This document shows, one piece after another, positions 1 to 9,242 of a stretch of DNA of 33,142 bases. Both the position numbers and the translations under genes were made by a program. The stretch's first letter is position 1. Every line of letters begins with the position of its first letter. This DNA is from Bacteroidota bacterium. Lineage in GTDB: Bacteria > Bacteroidota > Bacteroidia > JAADEI01 > JALVCQ01. The DNA is taken from positions 1-33,142 of the forward strand of contig JALVCQ010000084.1 of the NCBI GenBank assembly GCA_027009805.1, written 5' to 3'. The notes beneath the pieces were generated by a model that worked only from the letters and a program-made list of their open reading frames with translations, had not been told where the DNA came from and did not search any database.

Positions 1-120
1 GCAACAGAGGCTTGGTGTTCATCACCCCGCGGGAAGTCCGCGCAGGATGTTTGAAGACGAGCGAGAGCGGAAATAAAAGATGCTGGCGTTGTCCCACAGA
101 ACGAATCTCGGTTGGTGGAA

Positions 121-128
121 CAAAAGTA
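121..128 (-). promoter_or_regulatory. Bacteroidota sigmaA -7 box (TACTTTTG), probably driving a gene truncated at the left edge
   Basis: Exact TAnnTTTG match on the minus strand. An open frame follows leftwards (ATG near 23, MNTKPLL..., running off the window). Confidence 0.45.
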
Positions 129-150
129 AAGAAACCTCTGCCCCTCTGAG

Positions 151-179
151 GCGGGCGTCAGCCGCCCTCTGACGCCCGC
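151..179 (-). terminator. GC-rich hairpin downstream of the sigma factor gene, possible terminator
   Basis: Perfect 11-bp stem GCGGGCGTCAG/CTGACGCCCGC with a 7-nt loop. No adjacent U-tract. Confidence 0.45.
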
Positions 180-246
180 TCCCCTCAAGCAATATCGGAG
201 TGTGTTTTGTGTATTACAATGTTGTCTATCGGTCTTATGTATGTTT

Positions 247-804
247 TTATGATATGGCTTCTTGAAAATGGGGGTGTCCTTCAAGGAATCGGCGCATTTT
301 GTTCAGACCATACCGGTAGCGCCCCAGCACGGTGTTGATATTGGTGTGGGTGAGCTCGGCGATCTCTCGAAATTTTTTGCGTTCGAAAAAGCGAAGCCGA
401 ATCACGTCGCTCTGCTCCTGCGGCAGGGCGGAAAGCGCCTCGTAGATGGCGTGGTGTTTTTCTTCTTCCATCCGGACTTCTTCCGGCGAACGCTGCGCAT
501 GACAATAGAGATGGAAAGGCTCTAAGGCACTCACGGACCGGTGTTTTTTTCGCCGATAGTAGTCGATGAGAAAATTGCGCACCAATCGCATGACCCATTG
601 CACCGTCTTGCCTTCTTCCCGATAGCGGTTGTTCTTGACTTTTCGCATGATCTTCACGGCCATCTCCTGAAACAGGTCATCCGCTTCCATCGGATCCTTG
701 ACGTAGCCGTAGATATAACCGTAGATTTGATTTTTCCTTTGAAGAAACACCTCCAGCGGCGCGCTTGTTGAAACATTGTTGGATGTGTGCATGACGTCTG
801 CCAT
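247..804 (-). CDS. RNA polymerase sigma-70 family ECF sigma factor
   Basis: Region 2 motifs (EADDLFQE, WVMRLVRNFLIDYYRR) and region 4 HTH (LPQEQSDVIRLRFFERKKFREIAE...INTVLGRYRYGL); 185 aa. Confidence 0.92.
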   Translation of the reverse strand: MADVMHTSNNVSTSAPLEVFLQRKNQIYGYIYGYVKDPMEADDLFQEMAVKIMRKVKNNRYREEGKTVQWVMRLVRNFLIDYYRRKKHRSVSALEPFHLYCHAQRSPEEVRMEEEKHHAIYEALSALPQEQSDVIRLRFFERKKFREIAELTHTNINTVLGRYRYGLNKMRRFLEGHPHFQEAIS

Positions 805-844
805 AATCGTTTGTTTTGTGGTGTCCTAAAATCAAGCAATCTTT

Positions 845-3616
845 ATGCCAACAGCGAGCGGGATACGAATTAAAGAGGCTTATCAGCACAACCTTCAGGA
901 CATTGACGTGTGGATTCCCCATGACCGGCTCACGGTGATTACGGGGCCGTCGGGCTCGGGCAAAACATCACTGGCACATTACGTGTTGTTTCGGGAGGGG
1001 CAGCGGTTGTATGCCGAGAGTCTTTCGACCTACCTTCGGCAGTTTCTGGGCAGTGTGATGAAGCCGCACGTGAAACAGATTGAAGGGCTTTCGCCCACGG
1101 TCACCATCCGCCAGCAGCATCGCATTACGGAGACCAACCGCTCGACGGTGGGCACCGCCACCGACACCTATCACTATTTGGCTGCACTGTATGCGGTGGT
1201 CGGTGAAGTGGTCTCGCCCCACACGGGACAGGTGCTCACCCCCGCCACGCCTGCGTTGGTTCTTGACGCGGCGAAAAGGAGCGCAGGAGAAGAAGTGGTG
1301 ATCGGCTATCCGCTGGATGCAGAGCTGCTGATGAAGCATGCAGGCGCCTACTTGCAAAGCCTCTTTGAACAGGGCGTTCGTTATTTATGGCAGCAGGGGC
1401 GGCTTATCGAGCTTGAGCCGTTTGTGGAGTTTGTTGCCGGGATGGCGTCCGTTGGTGACATATGGGGCCGGGAAGATTGGTCGGAGGCGGTGGTGGTCAA
1501 AGGGGTGTTTTCGCCCTCTGATGAAGCGCCGTTATATGAGGCCGCACAAGCGGTGCTGGATGAAACGGGGAGGTGTGTGATGATGATACGCCGGGGGGAC
1601 GAATGGCAACGCCTGACCTTTCACACCCGCCTGTACGACGGCACGCAGGAATATCTGGCTCCCTCGGAAGACCTCTTTAACTTCAACAACTCTTACGGAG
1701 CCTGTCCGGCATGTGAAGGTTTTGGATTGGTGATGCGCCTGTCTGAAGAAAAGATCATTCCGGACCCGTCGTTGTCGGTGCGGCAGGGCGCCGTGGCTTG
1801 CTGGAAAGGCGAGCGGGCCGGGGAGTTGCTGGCGCAATTTATCGAGCGGGCGCCCCGCTATGGTTTTCGGCTGGATGTGGCGTATCAGGATTTGACGCCG
1901 GAAGAGAAAGCCCTGTTGTGGAAGGGCCGTGATGGCTTGATGGGGATCGAAGGCTTTTTTGCGATGCTGGACGGAAAAACCTACAAGCCGCACGTGCGCA
2001 TGTTTAAGGAGCGCTTTATTGAGCGCCTTCCTTGTCCTACCTGCGAAGGCTATCGGTTGCGTCCCGAAGCGTTGGCCGTCAAGGTGGGCGGCAAACATAT
2101 CGGCGAACTGGCCCGAATGGAAGCCGCCGATCTGCTGGATTTCTTAGAAAATCTGCGCCTTTCGGAACATCAGCAGAAACGGGCCCGCATCCCGCTCGAA
2201 GAAGCGCTGCACCGCCTCCGCATGATGAAGCAATTAGGGCTGGGATATATCACACTCGAACGCACCATGCGCACCCTCTCCGGCGGCGAATGGCAGCGGG
2301 TCCAACTCCTGAAAGCCGTACGCAATGCCATGAGCGGCATCACCTATATTCTGGATGAACCTACGGTGGGGCTGCATCCCACCGACACCGCCCGGCTGAT
2401 AGCGGCTTTGCGGGAACTGGCCCGGGAAAATACCGTCGTGGTGGTGGAACACGACGCCGAAGTGATCCGGTCCGCCGATTACGTGGTGGAGTTGGGCCCC
2501 GGGGCGGGGCAGTATGGCGGCCAGGTGGTTTTTGAAGGGCCAGCCGATGATTTTGCCAAAGCCCAAACCCTGACGGCGGACTATATTCACGGCCGACGGC
2601 GGGTGGAGGGCCGCCGGCCTGAAGCACTTCCGTCCCAAACGTCCGAGTGGATACGCTGGCAAGGCGTTCAGAAACACAACCTCAAAGGCGTGGACGTGAC
2701 CGTTCCGCTGGGTCGAATGAGCGTGATTGTAGGGCCTTCCGGCGCCGGAAAGTCCACGCTGATGCAGGAAGTCATGTATCCCTCACTGGCCGGTGTCCTG
2801 TCGGCAAGCACCGCCTATGCCGCCATGGAAATTGAGCAACCGCCCGCCTGGGTGGACCTGGTCGATCAGAAAAGCATCAGCCGGTCGTCCCGCTCCAATG
2901 TGATGAGCTATATCGGCCTTTATCCCCTCATTCGAGCGGTGTTCGGCCAACAAAAAGAAGCCCTTCGGATGGGATTGACGGCCGCTCACTTTTCCTTTAA
3001 CTCTAAAAAGGGACATTGTGAAAGCTGCAAGGGCGAAGGCGTTGTTTATATCGACTTGCAATTCATGGCGCCGGTGGAGATGGTGTGCCCGGAATGCGGC
3101 GGCAAGCGGTTTAAGCCATCGGTGTTGGAAGTGAAGGTGGGTGGCAAGACGATTGCCGACATGTTTGATATGGAGGTCTCGACGGCTCGCACGTTCTTTT
3201 CCGATGCGGAAGAGATGGCGCCTTATTTCGATGTGTTGGAACGGGTCGGATTGGGATATCTGCATCTGGGTCAGACCACGGCCCAGCTGAGCGGCGGAGA
3301 ACTTCACCGCCTTAAAATCGCCCGCCACCTGCTGGAGCGCTCCGAGGAGCCCGGCATTATCTTTTTCGATGAGCCGACCACCGGCCTCCATCTTCACGAC
3401 ATTGCCACGTTGCTCAAAGCACTCGATGAGTTAGTGGCCCAGGGACACACGGTGGTGATTATCGAACATCATCCCGATGTGATCCGGAGCGCCGACTGGG
3501 TCATTGAGTTGGGGCCCGGGGGCGGAAAATCGGGCGGCCGCCTCCTTTTCTCGGGGCCGCCGCAACAGTTTGTCCAGACGGATTCGCCGCTGGTTCCTTT
3601 TATCCGGCAGCGCTGA
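845..3616 (+). CDS. uvrA: Excinuclease ABC subunit A (divergent UvrA, probably second paralog type)
   Basis: Two Walker A motifs (GPSGSGKTS, GPSGAGKST), two LSGGE signatures, DEPT Walker B, zinc-binding CPAC/CPTC and CESC/CPEC, and ELGPGAG/ELGPGGG motifs. Confidence 0.93.
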   Translation: MPTASGIRIKEAYQHNLQDIDVWIPHDRLTVITGPSGSGKTSLAHYVLFREGQRLYAESLSTYLRQFLGSVMKPHVKQIEGLSPTVTIRQQHRITETNRSTVGTATDTYHYLAALYAVVGEVVSPHTGQVLTPATPALVLDAAKRSAGEEVVIGYPLDAELLMKHAGAYLQSLFEQGVRYLWQQGRLIELEPFVEFVAGMASVGDIWGREDWSEAVVVKGVFSPSDEAPLYEAAQAVLDETGRCVMMIRRGDEWQRLTFHTRLYDGTQEYLAPSEDLFNFNNSYGACPACEGFGLVMRLSEEKIIPDPSLSVRQGAVACWKGERAGELLAQFIERAPRYGFRLDVAYQDLTPEEKALLWKGRDGLMGIEGFFAMLDGKTYKPHVRMFKERFIERLPCPTCEGYRLRPEALAVKVGGKHIGELARMEAADLLDFLENLRLSEHQQKRARIPLEEALHRLRMMKQLGLGYITLERTMRTLSGGEWQRVQLLKAVRNAMSGITYILDEPTVGLHPTDTARLIAALRELARENTVVVVEHDAEVIRSADYVVELGPGAGQYGGQVVFEGPADDFAKAQTLTADYIHGRRRVEGRRPEALPSQTSEWIRWQGVQKHNLKGVDVTVPLGRMSVIVGPSGAGKSTLMQEVMYPSLAGVLSASTAYAAMEIEQPPAWVDLVDQKSISRSSRSNVMSYIGLYPLIRAVFGQQKEALRMGLTAAHFSFNSKKGHCESCKGEGVVYIDLQFMAPVEMVCPECGGKRFKPSVLEVKVGGKTIADMFDMEVSTARTFFSDAEEMAPYFDVLERVGLGYLHLGQTTAQLSGGELHRLKIARHLLERSEEPGIIFFDEPTTGLHLHDIATLLKALDELVAQGHTVVIIEHHPDVIRSADWVIELGPGGGKSGGRLLFSGPPQQFVQTDSPLVPFIRQR

Positions 3617-4507
3617 CTATCGGCGAAATTCAGGAGCCACCCGCGGATGCTTAATGCCTTCGCTGTAATCGTAAAATCCGCGGCCGGTTTTGACGCCCAG
3701 GTGTCCGGCGTCCACCATCTTAATGAGCAGCGGGCAGGGCGCATACTTGGGATTGCCCAGCCCTTCATGCAGCACGTTCAGGATAGCCAGACACACGTCC
3801 AGCCCGATAAAGTCCGCCAGATGAAGTGGGCCCATCGGATGATTCATCCCCAGCTTCATGACCGTGTCGATTTCTTCCACGCCGGCCACGCCTTCATAAA
3901 GGGCATAAACGGCTTCGTTGATCATGGGCATGAGAATGCGATTGGCCACAAAGCCGGGATAGTCATTGACGACGACGGGCGTTTTGCCCAGTTCTTTGGT
4001 AATCGATACGATCCGCTCGGTCACACTGGCTTCGGTGCGCCATCCGTTGATGATTTCCACGAGCTTCATCACCGGCACGGGATTCATAAAGTGCATCCCG
4101 ATGACCTGCTGGGGCCGTTTGGTGACGGCGGCGATTTTCGTGATGGAAATGGAAGAGGTGTTGGTGGCCAGGATGGCTTGTGACGGTGCATGACGGTCGA
4201 TGGTCTCGAAGATTCGGGCTTTGATATCAAAGTTTTCGGTGGCGGCTTCCACCACCAGTTGTGCACTTTTTACACCCTCTTCCAGCAAGGTGGTGGTCTG
4301 GATTCGTTGGAGGGTCTGGGTTTTTTCTTCGTCGGAGATGATCTGTTTTTTGAGCATTCGGTCGAGGTTGCGCTGGATGGTCTCAAGGGCTTTATCGAGG
4401 GCCGAAGCACTGATGTCCACAAGGGTAACGGAAAATCCTTTCATGGCAAATACGTGGGCGATGCCGTTGCCCATCGTGCCGGCGCCCACAACGGTGACGT
4501 TCATCAT
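3617..4507 (-). CDS. hbd: 3-hydroxybutyryl-CoA dehydrogenase
   Basis: GAGTMG Rossmann motif, NTSSISIT, GMHFMNPVPVMKLVE, GFVANR, HPMGPL. Start moved to the ATG at 4507 (MMNVTVVG), where the Rossmann fold begins. Confidence 0.92.
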   Translation of the reverse strand: MMNVTVVGAGTMGNGIAHVFAMKGFSVTLVDISASALDKALETIQRNLDRMLKKQIISDEEKTQTLQRIQTTTLLEEGVKSAQLVVEAATENFDIKARIFETIDRHAPSQAILATNTSSISITKIAAVTKRPQQVIGMHFMNPVPVMKLVEIINGWRTEASVTERIVSITKELGKTPVVVNDYPGFVANRILMPMINEAVYALYEGVAGVEEIDTVMKLGMNHPMGPLHLADFIGLDVCLAILNVLHEGLGNPKYAPCPLLIKMVDAGHLGVKTGRGFYDYSEGIKHPRVAPEFRR

Positions 4508-4621
4508 GATGGTTTCAGCGGTTTGATGGGTGCAAAGTTCTTCTTTTGGGGCCAATCCGTCGGTTTCTGAGAAGTCGCTGCTGTTTCAAGGCATGTATTA
4601 GGGAAAGCGGCGGTTTCCTGA

Positions 4622-6250
4622 CTATCGCCTTGGATTCCACCACAGAAACGCCGCCCGAGGCGTGCGGATGATGTAGGTGCCGGGGGCCAGATGGGGCGCC
4701 GGCTGCTGTCCTTTCCGGAAAGATTCCACGGCGGTGGTGGCGAACTCGGCCACCTGTCGTCCATTCAAATCAAACACTCGCACCGGCTGGTCGGACGACT
4801 GCCCTATAAAATGCCATGTGGCGGTGGTGTCTTTCCATAGGGCGGCGGATTGCTGCAAGAGAGTGAGGGCGGCGTCGAAGTGCGGGATGCCGTAGCCGAA
4901 GACATCGTCGGCAAGCGGGGCCAGGTGGGCGCTCGTTTTGATGGCTTCGAGGATTTGTCGGGGATGAGGGCGACGGGAAGGGAAGGCGCTGAGGAGGGCG
5001 GCGGTCATGCCGGAAATCATGGGGGCGGACAGCGAGGTGCCGGAGGCTCGGATGAGGCGCATGCGGCCGGGGTCGGTGCTGTTGTATATCAGGCAGGGCA
5101 CGCGCACGCCATAGGCTGCAATGTCGGGCTTGGTGCGTCCGTCGGCGGAAGGCCCCCGCCCGGAAAACGCCGCTGCGCGTCGCTGGGAATCGACGGCTCC
5201 CACGCATAAGATGCCGCGGGCATCGGAAGGGGCTGAAATATGGTGCCACCTGTCAGCGCCCCAATTGCCGGCACTCACCACCACGATGATGCCTTTCTGC
5301 GCCGCCATCGAAGCCGCCCGGGAAGAAGGCGCCGTCCAGCCGTCCATGTCCTGATAGGTGTGGTTCATGGCGGGATGGTCGAAGGTGGTATAGCCCAGCG
5401 ATGAGTTGATGATGTCGGCCCCGGCGCTGTCGGCGCGCTCGGCGCCCATCGCCCAGAAATATTCTTCAATGAGGTATTCTTCGGCGCCGTTTTCGGTGCG
5501 ATAGAGCATAAACGCCGCCTCGGGGGCCAGTCCCATGAAATAGCCCGGGGCATCTGCGGCGATGGTGGACAGCACCAGCGTGCCATGGCTGTGATGGCCA
5601 TATACGAATGGCCGCCCCGCCACAAAGTCGTAGGCGTCGAGAATGCGCCCGTCCTGGAATAGGTGAGCGAAGGCGGACATAGAATCCATGCCCAGGAAGC
5701 CGGCGTCCAGCAAGGCCACTCGGACGCCTTTCCCGCGCCGGCCCCTGCGGTGAAGGGACGTCCCGCCGTGAAAGGTGAGGCTATACCAGCCCATGCCGTA
5801 TTGGCTGGAAAAGGGCGGAGGAATGTCGGTGACCTCGACCGGCAGGTCCAGTTTCGACAGCCGCCGCTCTACTGATTGCTGCACCACCGACGGGCGGACA
5901 TAGACCACCTTTTTCACAAAGGGACGGCTGACAAGCGCCATCGCCCTTGCCGAATCCATCGTCACGAGGGCGGCGTTCAGCCATCGGCTGGTGCCGATGA
6001 TGGTGCCGCCGGCCTTGCGAACCGAGTCCAGCAGGGTAGGGCTGACGGGAAGGTCGGAAGAATCAAGGCGAATCAGTGCACGGGCCCGCCTTTCCAACGC
6101 CGCCGGAGAAAGAAACTCGCCCGGCCGCTGGAAAGTGTAGGGCGTGGGGGCTTTCGAGGTAAAATGCACGGCAAAGGTGGGATAGGGTTGGGCGCCGAGA
6201 CGCCCGATGAAGAGGCAGAGCAGGAAGAAAAGAAAGCGATTAGGGGACAT
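4622..6250 (-). CDS. S8 subtilisin-family serine peptidase, secreted, with T9SS CTD-like tail
   Basis: Signal peptide. Catalytic triad motifs LLDAG, HGTLV, GTSLSAP; oxyanion SAGN. The C-terminal VFDLNGRQV...LAPGTYIIR resembles a type A T9SS sorting domain. Confidence 0.9.
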   Translation of the reverse strand: MSPNRFLFFLLCLFIGRLGAQPYPTFAVHFTSKAPTPYTFQRPGEFLSPAALERRARALIRLDSSDLPVSPTLLDSVRKAGGTIIGTSRWLNAALVTMDSARAMALVSRPFVKKVVYVRPSVVQQSVERRLSKLDLPVEVTDIPPPFSSQYGMGWYSLTFHGGTSLHRRGRRGKGVRVALLDAGFLGMDSMSAFAHLFQDGRILDAYDFVAGRPFVYGHHSHGTLVLSTIAADAPGYFMGLAPEAAFMLYRTENGAEEYLIEEYFWAMGAERADSAGADIINSSLGYTTFDHPAMNHTYQDMDGWTAPSSRAASMAAQKGIIVVVSAGNWGADRWHHISAPSDARGILCVGAVDSQRRAAAFSGRGPSADGRTKPDIAAYGVRVPCLIYNSTDPGRMRLIRASGTSLSAPMISGMTAALLSAFPSRRPHPRQILEAIKTSAHLAPLADDVFGYGIPHFDAALTLLQQSAALWKDTTATWHFIGQSSDQPVRVFDLNGRQVAEFATTAVESFRKGQQPAPHLAPGTYIIRTPRAAFLWWNPRR

Positions 6251-6902
6251 ACAGCTGGGTTAAGCGTTCGCGAATACGGAGGCCGTCGATTGTGTCGCCG
6301 TTGAGGTTAATTTCGAGCGAATCGTAGATAAGGCGGGTGATGCCGGAATCGCGGGTCAGAAGATAGGCCGTCCGATAGTAGTCGATAGCGGTGGAGTCGG
6401 CGCGATGAATCAACCATGCATGCAGCGAATCGGACTGTTGGTAATAGGCCCGTGTGGAAGGATGAGGATCGTATAAATAAAGGTCCCATTCCGCCCTGTC
6501 TTGCACCGGAAAGACGGCGAATAAAAGCGTTTGCCCCGGCCGTTGGAGCAGCAAGCGGTTGGAGTCCACCACAAACGTTTCAGCATAGGCCTCTTGCCAT
6601 GGGGCCGAGGTGTCGGCCCGGCGATAGTAGTGGTAGGCTGTCAGGTGAAGCCGATCTTCCTGGTTGGTGAAGGTGTCGGCGATTTCCATTTTGTGGAAAT
6701 AGGGGACCGTGTCGATGGTGCCGAAGAAGCTGTTCAAAATCACAGAGTCGCCCTGCCAGATAAAATAGGCTCCCTTCTTGAGTGGCATCCATTGTTCGTA
6801 ATGTGCGTCGGAGGCACGGTTCGAGGCCGGCATCCATTCTTCCGTCCGGTTACACGCCCCGATGAGGGCCGGCACCAGCCACAGCCATATTCTGAACTTC
6901 AT
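6240..6902 (-). CDS. Hypothetical lipoprotein
   Basis: Internal ATG at 6902 gives MKFRIWLWLVPALIGA-C, a lipobox. Many D-S/T motifs. Overlaps both neighbouring genes. Confidence 0.75.
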   Translation of the reverse strand: MKFRIWLWLVPALIGACNRTEEWMPASNRASDAHYEQWMPLKKGAYFIWQGDSVILNSFFGTIDTVPYFHKMEIADTFTNQEDRLHLTAYHYYRRADTSAPWQEAYAETFVVDSNRLLLQRPGQTLLFAVFPVQDRAEWDLYLYDPHPSTRAYYQQSDSLHAWLIHRADSTAIDYYRTAYLLTRDSGITRLIYDSLEINLNGDTIDGLRIRERLTQLYVP

Positions 6903-8016
6903 GTGCAGATTGCGTTTGTGTGATAATACCGCCGCCCACCACCGCATCACCTTCATAGAAAACCGCCGACTGGCCCGGCGCCACGCCATACACCGGTTCC
7001 AGAAATTCGACTTCCACGCGGCCGTCATCGGCCGGCCGGATGCGGGCGCGGGCGCCTTCGTGTTTATATCGCACTTTCGTGATGACGTCCCTTGGGCCGT
7101 CCAGGTGGTCGTATCGGATCCAGTTAACGCCCGTCACCGTCATCGCCCGGCAACGAAGGGCCTCCCGAGGGCCGATGACGACTTCGTTTTTAACCGGATC
7201 GATATGTACGACATACATGGGTTTGCCCAACGCCACGCCGAGGTTTTTACGCTGCCCGATGGTGAAAAAGGGATAGCCGGGGTGTTGTCCGATCACTTCG
7301 CCGGAGATAAGTTTGAGCGGCCCGGGGCCGATGTATTTGCCTAATTTCTCGGCCTGCCGGCGCAAGAAGGCCCGGTAGTCGTTGTCCGGAATAAAACAAA
7401 TCTCGTAGCTTTCGCTTTTACGGACCAGCTGGTGATATCCTCGTTGGAGGGCCATCCGGCGGATTTCGGCTTTGGTCAGCCCGCCAAGGGGCAGCAAGGT
7501 GCGCGCCAGCACATCCTGTGTCAGTCCCCACAACACATACGATTGGTCTTTCTTCGAGTCCCGCCCTTTGTAGATGACCCAGCGGCCGTTTTCCTGCTTC
7601 AGGTGAGCGTAATGGCCGGTGGCCAGATAGTCGCAATTCAGCTTGTCGGCCTTGTCGAGGAGGGCTTCCCATTTGATGAAAGTGTTGCAGAGGACGCAAG
7701 GGTTGGGCGTACGGCCGCTGAGGTATTCCGAGACGAAGTTGCGGATGATTTTATCGCCGAACTCGGCCCGCAGGTCCAGCACGTAGTGCGGGATGTCATA
7801 TTCGACGGCGATGGTGCGGGCGTCGTTGATGCTGTCGAGGCTGCAGCATCCGGTTTCTTTGCCGGTGGCGCCGCTGCTTTCGTAGTCCCAGGTTTTCATG
7901 GTGATGCCCACCACGTCGTATCCCTGTTCTTTGAGCATCACAGCGGTCATGGTGCTGTCGATGCCGCCGCTCATTGCTACGAGCACCCGCCCTTTATTGC
8001 GCATGTGCGATATCAT
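6850..8016 (-). CDS. mnmA: tRNA 2-thiouridine(34) synthase MnmA
   Basis: SGGIDS PP-loop, TPNPCVLCN, ATGHYA, KDQSY, ESYEICF, TIGQR, APGQSAVFY. Confidence 0.97.
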   Translation of the reverse strand: MISHMRNKGRVLVAMSGGIDSTMTAVMLKEQGYDVVGITMKTWDYESSGATGKETGCCSLDSINDARTIAVEYDIPHYVLDLRAEFGDKIIRNFVSEYLSGRTPNPCVLCNTFIKWEALLDKADKLNCDYLATGHYAHLKQENGRWVIYKGRDSKKDQSYVLWGLTQDVLARTLLPLGGLTKAEIRRMALQRGYHQLVRKSESYEICFIPDNDYRAFLRRQAEKLGKYIGPGPLKLISGEVIGQHPGYPFFTIGQRKNLGVALGKPMYVVHIDPVKNEVVIGPREALRCRAMTVTGVNWIRYDHLDGPRDVITKVRYKHEGARARIRPADDGRVEVEFLEPVYGVAPGQSAVFYEGDAVVGGGIITQTQSAHEVQNMAVAGAGPHRGV

Positions 8017-9239
8017 TCAATGTCGGTGTTCAGCCTGAATCGGGCGATGCGCCGGTTGCCCCGGTCGGCCACGTAGAGGGTCTTATCGTAGTATGCCACG
8101 CCCACCGGCTGGTCGAACTGGAACGGCCCTGCGCCATGCCCCCCAAAAGAAACGATAATATGGCGGGTTTCGTTCATGGCGGGCAGGGGCGGCACGCCTT
8201 CGATGCCTTTCTGGGTGAATTGATAGACCGAATCGCGATCCCTGTCCACCACAAAAATGTAGCCGGTCTTATCGCCTGCTACACAGACGTCGGCAGGGGC
8301 GGAGAACCGAAAAGGGTCATAAAGAAATCGGCGGCCTTTGGAATAGTCTTTTTGCAGTAAAGAAGCGTTTTCCTCGTAAGAAACCCCCACGTTTGGATCG
8401 ACCACTTCCCGAATCCAGAGGGTGGCAAATTCGGCCGGTGGTTGGGTGGCCTGTGTGATGAGGAAATCATGCGTTTCAGGAATACCGTAGATGCGTTGCG
8501 GCGGAGCGGCAAATCCGGCGATGGCGGTGGCGTTGACCACCGACTTGAGGTCCGGAAAGATGGGGTTGAGTCCAAAGGCGTAGCCGGTGTTTTCGCCTTC
8601 GGCGGAAAAGAACAGTACGGCATTGTCGGGCCATGCCGTGGAGGCGAGGTTGTTAATGGGGCCCTGTCGGAGCGCATATAGTACGTTGTCGGCCCGACAG
8701 GCCAGGCCGGTGAAGCGGGCGGCGGTGTCGGAAGCCCGCACACCGATGAGCCGGCGCGACGGATCGGCAAAAGGATGGATGAGGGTGTCTTCCCACACCA
8801 CCGAGCCTGCCCCCGCCGTGTGTGAAAGCCGAAAGATCGCCGGCAGGGAATAGGTCTCCGAGTCGTTGACGGAATAGGCGATGCGGGCGGCCACGTAGAG
8901 ATGCAGGCGGCGGTCCTGCGTGACGTCGGTGGCATCGGTAAAGGGGATGAGACGATGCTCCTTGCCGGTAAGGTCCAGCACGTGCACGCCCTTTTTATCC
9001 ACCACATAGACCATTTCATCATAACCGATGAAAATGTCTTGAAGGTCTTCAAAGCCTTCCCAGAAAGGCAAGATGGGCACGTATCCGATGGTTTGCGGGA
9101 CGGCGGTGGGGTCGATGCGCCCTTCTTCGAAAATCTCATCGACGGTGGGGTCGTCGATGGTGCCCCACATCTTGTCGCAGCCGGCCAGCACGACGAGGGC
9201 TGCGATGGCAATGAACCAGCGTTTTCCTTGCATGCACAT
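8013..9239 (-). CDS. Lipoprotein with NHL-like beta-propeller repeats
   Basis: Lipobox LAGC. C-terminal FGGHGAGPFQFDQPVGVA...LYVADRGNRRI is NHL-repeat-like. Confidence 0.75.
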   Translation of the reverse strand: MCMQGKRWFIAIAALVVLAGCDKMWGTIDDPTVDEIFEEGRIDPTAVPQTIGYVPILPFWEGFEDLQDIFIGYDEMVYVVDKKGVHVLDLTGKEHRLIPFTDATDVTQDRRLHLYVAARIAYSVNDSETYSLPAIFRLSHTAGAGSVVWEDTLIHPFADPSRRLIGVRASDTAARFTGLACRADNVLYALRQGPINNLASTAWPDNAVLFFSAEGENTGYAFGLNPIFPDLKSVVNATAIAGFAAPPQRIYGIPETHDFLITQATQPPAEFATLWIREVVDPNVGVSYEENASLLQKDYSKGRRFLYDPFRFSAPADVCVAGDKTGYIFVVDRDRDSVYQFTQKGIEGVPPLPAMNETRHIIVSFGGHGAGPFQFDQPVGVAYYDKTLYVADRGNRRIARFRLNTDIE

Positions 9240-9242
9240 TCG

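Noticed and set aside
4508-4555. Longer N-termini in the ORF track for hbd (also rsmA, gpmI and the 6240 lipoprotein)
   Set aside because: The extensions lack family motifs and overlap promoter-like boxes or neighbouring genes; downstream ATGs fit better.
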